Assembly: GCA_903882905.1 (NCBI GenBank)
Contig: CAIRYW010000004.1
Span: 49,117 to 113,116, forward strand
DNA: 64,000 bases
Source: an uncultured bacterium
GTDB taxonomy: Bacteria; Patescibacteriota; Minisyncoccia; Phycocordibacterales; CAIRYW01
Direction: 5' to 3'
The translations under genes and the position numbers were made by a program. Each line of letters begins with the position of its first letter. The stretch's first letter is position 1. Shown piece by piece: positions 61,269 to 64,000 of the stretch. The notes under the pieces were generated by a model. It was not told the DNA's origin. It ran no database searches and was given only the letters and a program-made list of their open reading frames with translations.

Positions 61269-62627
61269 TTAAAGTTTACTTGCTAAACCAATATAGTTTT
61301 GAGGTGTAATTTTTTTGAGTTCTGTTTTTATCTTTGGAGCTACATCAAGTCCATCAATAAATTTGTGAAAATCTGCTAGTACAACTTTTTTTCCTCGAGT
61401 AAGTTCTTTTAATTTTTCATATGGAAGCGCGACTCCTTCTCGCCTTAGGACTGTTTGAATAGCCTCAGCAATAATTTCAGTATGATCATCCAAATCATGA
61501 ATGATTTTCTGTTCATTCATAGTAACTTTTGCCAAACCTTTGAGAATTGACTTATACGCAACCAAACTATGTGCAAATGCAACACCAAAATTTCTTTCAA
61601 CTGTTGAATCAGATAAATCTCTTTGCAAACGAGAAATTGGAAGTTTTGTACTAAAGTAATTAAACAATGCATTTGCTAAACCAAGATTTCCTTCACTATT
61701 TTCAAAATCAATTGGATTAATTTTATGAGGCATAGTTGATGAACCTGTTTCTCCTTCTTTTGGCTTTTGTGTGATCCAATTGTCACTTATATATCTCCAC
61801 ATATCTTGATTAAAACCGATAAGTATCACATTGATTCTTCTCATTGAATCAAAAATTTCAGCGTACGTATCATGCGATTCAATTTGAGTTGTAATTAAAT
61901 TTGGTTCCAAATTAATTCCTCTTTCTTTATTTAATTTTTCAATAAAATTAATTGTAAACTGTTTCCAATTAATTTCAGGATAGGCAACTAAATGTGCATT
62001 GTAATTCCCTGTTGCTCCATTAAGTTTTGCTAAGATTTTATTTCTTTTTAATTGATCTATCTGCCTTTTAAGTCTTGCAGAAAAAACCTTAAATTCTTTT
62101 CCGAGAGTTGTAGGCGAAGCACTTTGTCCATGAGTACGAGCAAGCATTGGAGTTTTTTTAAACCTAATTGCGAGTTGCTCTATTTCTCCAGAAACAGAAT
62201 CAAGAGCAGGAATTATTACTTTTTTCTTTGCTTCGGAAAGCATAAGCGCGTAACTTATGTTATTTGTATCCTCTGAGGTAAGCGCGAAATGAATCCACTC
62301 AATAGTATCTTTTAAGGAAGTTTTGCTGAGATGCTCCTTTATAAAATACTCAACAGCTTTTACGTCGTGATTAGTTTTTGCTTCATGAATTTTTATTTCA
62401 AAAGCATCTTTTGTTTCAATATTATAAAGATTGCGGATTATTTTCTTTTCAGCATCACTAAATTTTCTTAGTCCAACTTTTTTTTCTTCAGAAAGTGCAA
62501 TCAAATATTCTCCTTCAACAATTATTCTATAGCGTATAAGAGATTCTTCACTGAAGTAATTTGATAATTCCTCAACAGCTTTTCTGTATCTCCCGTCGAT
62601 TGGGCTAATTGATTTAAGTGATTGCAT
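61269..62627 (-). CDS. purB: adenylosuccinate lyase
   Basis: 452 aa. SPIDGRYRKAVEEL N-terminus. Fumarate-lyase signature region (GSSTMPHKINP). Confidence 0.9.
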   Translation of the reverse strand: MQSLKSISPIDGRYRKAVEELSNYFSEESLIRYRIIVEGEYLIALSEEKKVGLRKFSDAEKKIIRNLYNIETKDAFEIKIHEAKTNHDVKAVEYFIKEHLSKTSLKDTIEWIHFALTSEDTNNISYALMLSEAKKKVIIPALDSVSGEIEQLAIRFKKTPMLARTHGQSASPTTLGKEFKVFSARLKRQIDQLKRNKILAKLNGATGNYNAHLVAYPEINWKQFTINFIEKLNKERGINLEPNLITTQIESHDTYAEIFDSMRRINVILIGFNQDMWRYISDNWITQKPKEGETGSSTMPHKINPIDFENSEGNLGLANALFNYFSTKLPISRLQRDLSDSTVERNFGVAFAHSLVAYKSILKGLAKVTMNEQKIIHDLDDHTEIIAEAIQTVLRREGVALPYEKLKELTRGKKVVLADFHKFIDGLDVAPKIKTELKKITPQNYIGLASKL

Positions 62628-62628
62628 A

Positions 62629-63567
62629 TTATTTTATGATGTAAGTTCTCAGGTTATTTGTAATTCTTTCTAGGATGTCAATATTATCACTTTTTATGAA
62701 CTTCTGCTTTGTAATCTGCTCAAATATCTGAATATAACGTCTAGAAAGCTCCTGCACCATCTCTTCTGGGGCTTCTGGTAAAACCTTGTCCTCATATGGC
62801 TTACAGTTGTCCTTAAACCACAATCGGAGAAACTCTTTATCAAAATATTCAGGATCAAGACCTTGATCAATTCTGGCTTGATAAGTTCCTGCCTGCCAAT
62901 ATCTCGATGAATCTGGAGTATGAATTTCATCAATCAAAGTTACTTTCCCATTTTCATCAATTCCAAATTCATATTTTGTATCAACAAGAATCAGTCCTGC
63001 CTCGAGTGCAATTTCTTGACCTCGTTTAAAAACTTTAATTGCTTTATCTGCCACTTCATCCCAAATTTCTTTTGATACCAGCGCTTCTCTAACAATTTCT
63101 TTTGGAGTAACAGGTCTATCGTGTTCATCTGATTTTGTTGTTGGAGTAAGAACTGGTTCATCTAATTTCTGATTCTTTTTCATTCCATCAGGAAGAATAA
63201 AGCCACCAAAATCTCTCTCACCGTTTTGGTAAAGTGTCCAAAGTGATGTGTTTGTTGTACCAGTAATATATCCGCGAACAATTACTTCAATTGGAAGTGG
63301 TTTACACTTTTTGGCAACGAGTACATTTGGATCCGGAACTTCAATGACATGGTTCTGCACAATGTCCTTAGTTTTTTCAAACCAAAAAGCACTAATCTGA
63401 TTCAAAACTTGTCCCTTATAAGGAATGTGAGCAATGATTCTATCGAAAGACGAATGCCTATCTGTTGAAATTAAAATAATTTTGTCACCCTGGATGTATA
63501 TATCACGAACTTTTCCAACTTTTCTTTTGCCGATGTTTGTAAAATTTGTTTCTTTTAGTATGTTCAT
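62629..63567 (-). CDS. purC: phosphoribosylaminoimidazole-succinocarboxamide (SAICAR) synthase
   Basis: 312 aa, long-form PurC. GKVRDIY ... LISTDRHSSFD ... GLILVDTKYEFG. Confidence 0.9.
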   Translation of the reverse strand: MNILKETNFTNIGKRKVGKVRDIYIQGDKIILISTDRHSSFDRIIAHIPYKGQVLNQISAFWFEKTKDIVQNHVIEVPDPNVLVAKKCKPLPIEVIVRGYITGTTNTSLWTLYQNGERDFGGFILPDGMKKNQKLDEPVLTPTTKSDEHDRPVTPKEIVREALVSKEIWDEVADKAIKVFKRGQEIALEAGLILVDTKYEFGIDENGKVTLIDEIHTPDSSRYWQAGTYQARIDQGLDPEYFDKEFLRLWFKDNCKPYEDKVLPEAPEEMVQELSRRYIQIFEQITKQKFIKSDNIDILERITNNLRTYIIK

Positions 63568-63571
63568 AAAT

Positions 63572-64000
63572 TTATTTCAAAATTACTACTCCTGCTCCTT
63601 TTTCTATTTGCCCAATTTGGTACAAACTGAAATTAGAATATGCTTTTAAAATTTCTTTTACTTTTTCTACCTCACTTTGTGACACAATAAAAACTAGTCC
63701 GATTCCCATATTAAAAACTTGATACATTTCTTGTTCTGGTACATTACCTATTTTTTGCATTACCTCAAAAATAGGTAAAACTGGCCAGGTGCCTTTTGTA
63801 ATTATAGCGTTTAAATTTTCTGGTAGCACTCTTGGGATATTGTCTAAAAATCCACCGCCAGTTATATGTGCAATACCTCTTACTTCAATTCCACCATCTA
63901 AAAGTGCGAAAATTGGATTAGTATAATTTATATGTGGCTTAAGAAGAGCTTCTCCAATCGTTTCAGTAAGTTCTGGAATTTTTGAATCAACTTTGAGTCC
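63572..64000 (-). CDS. purM: phosphoribosylformylglycinamidine cyclo-ligase (AIR synthase), 3' part; gene continues beyond the window end
   Basis: In-frame minus-strand translation to the window edge gives ...GIAHITGGGFLDNIPRVLPENLNAIITKGTWPVLPIF...VFNMGIGLVFIV, the PurM C-terminal domain. Confidence 0.85.
   Translation of the reverse strand, partial: GLKVDSKIPELTETIGEALLKPHINYTNPIFALLDGGIEVRGIAHITGGGFLDNIPRVLPENLNAIITKGTWPVLPIFEVMQKIGNVPEQEMYQVFNMGIGLVFIVSQSEVEKVKEILKAYSNFSLYQIGQIEKGAGVVILK

Overview
This is an AT-rich (about 33% GC), gene-dense window whose gene content looks like a Candidate Phyla Radiation / Patescibacteria genome. Pointers are many small secreted Ser/Thr-rich proteins, an archaeal-type UMP kinase, a minimal pyruvate kinase, a short UvrC and epsilon subunit, and an H+-PPase alongside an F-ATPase. 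Layout: (i) 1-20.5 kb is core: F1 ATP synthase atpA(partial)-atpG-atpD-atpC, pyrH-like, tsaC, a class II (B12-dependent) ribonucleotide reductase operon carrying a putative cobalamin-capture module, a GH18-like protein, homoserine dehydrogenase, H+-pyrophosphatase, cell-wall peptidases and surface proteins. (ii) About 20.5-41.6 kb is an accessory, mobile-element-rich region centred on a tRNA-Ala(UGC) gene. It holds a class II Fic protein, a MazG-like gene co-operonic with a DUF2075 nuclease/NTPase fused to a LexA-type S24 autopeptidase, two large serine recombinases, a tyrosine integrase, a recombinase-associated paralogous protein family, a family of secreted proteins with a conserved atypical N-terminal leader, and a NYN-domain protein. 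(iii) 41.6-64 kb is core again: ddl, uvrC, uvrA, uvrB (each flanked by an anomalously GC-rich, terminator-bearing non-coding island that looks like structured RNA), tgt, FKBP, rdgB, GT2, DedA, eno, a minimal pyk, gpm, a 2-hydroxyacid dehydrogenase, a Trx-like/CcdA thiol-redox pair, and purB-purC-purM(partial). No CRISPR array or rRNA was seen. All calls rest on motif recognition in the supplied translations plus my own reading of selected nucleotide stretches; no database search was possible.
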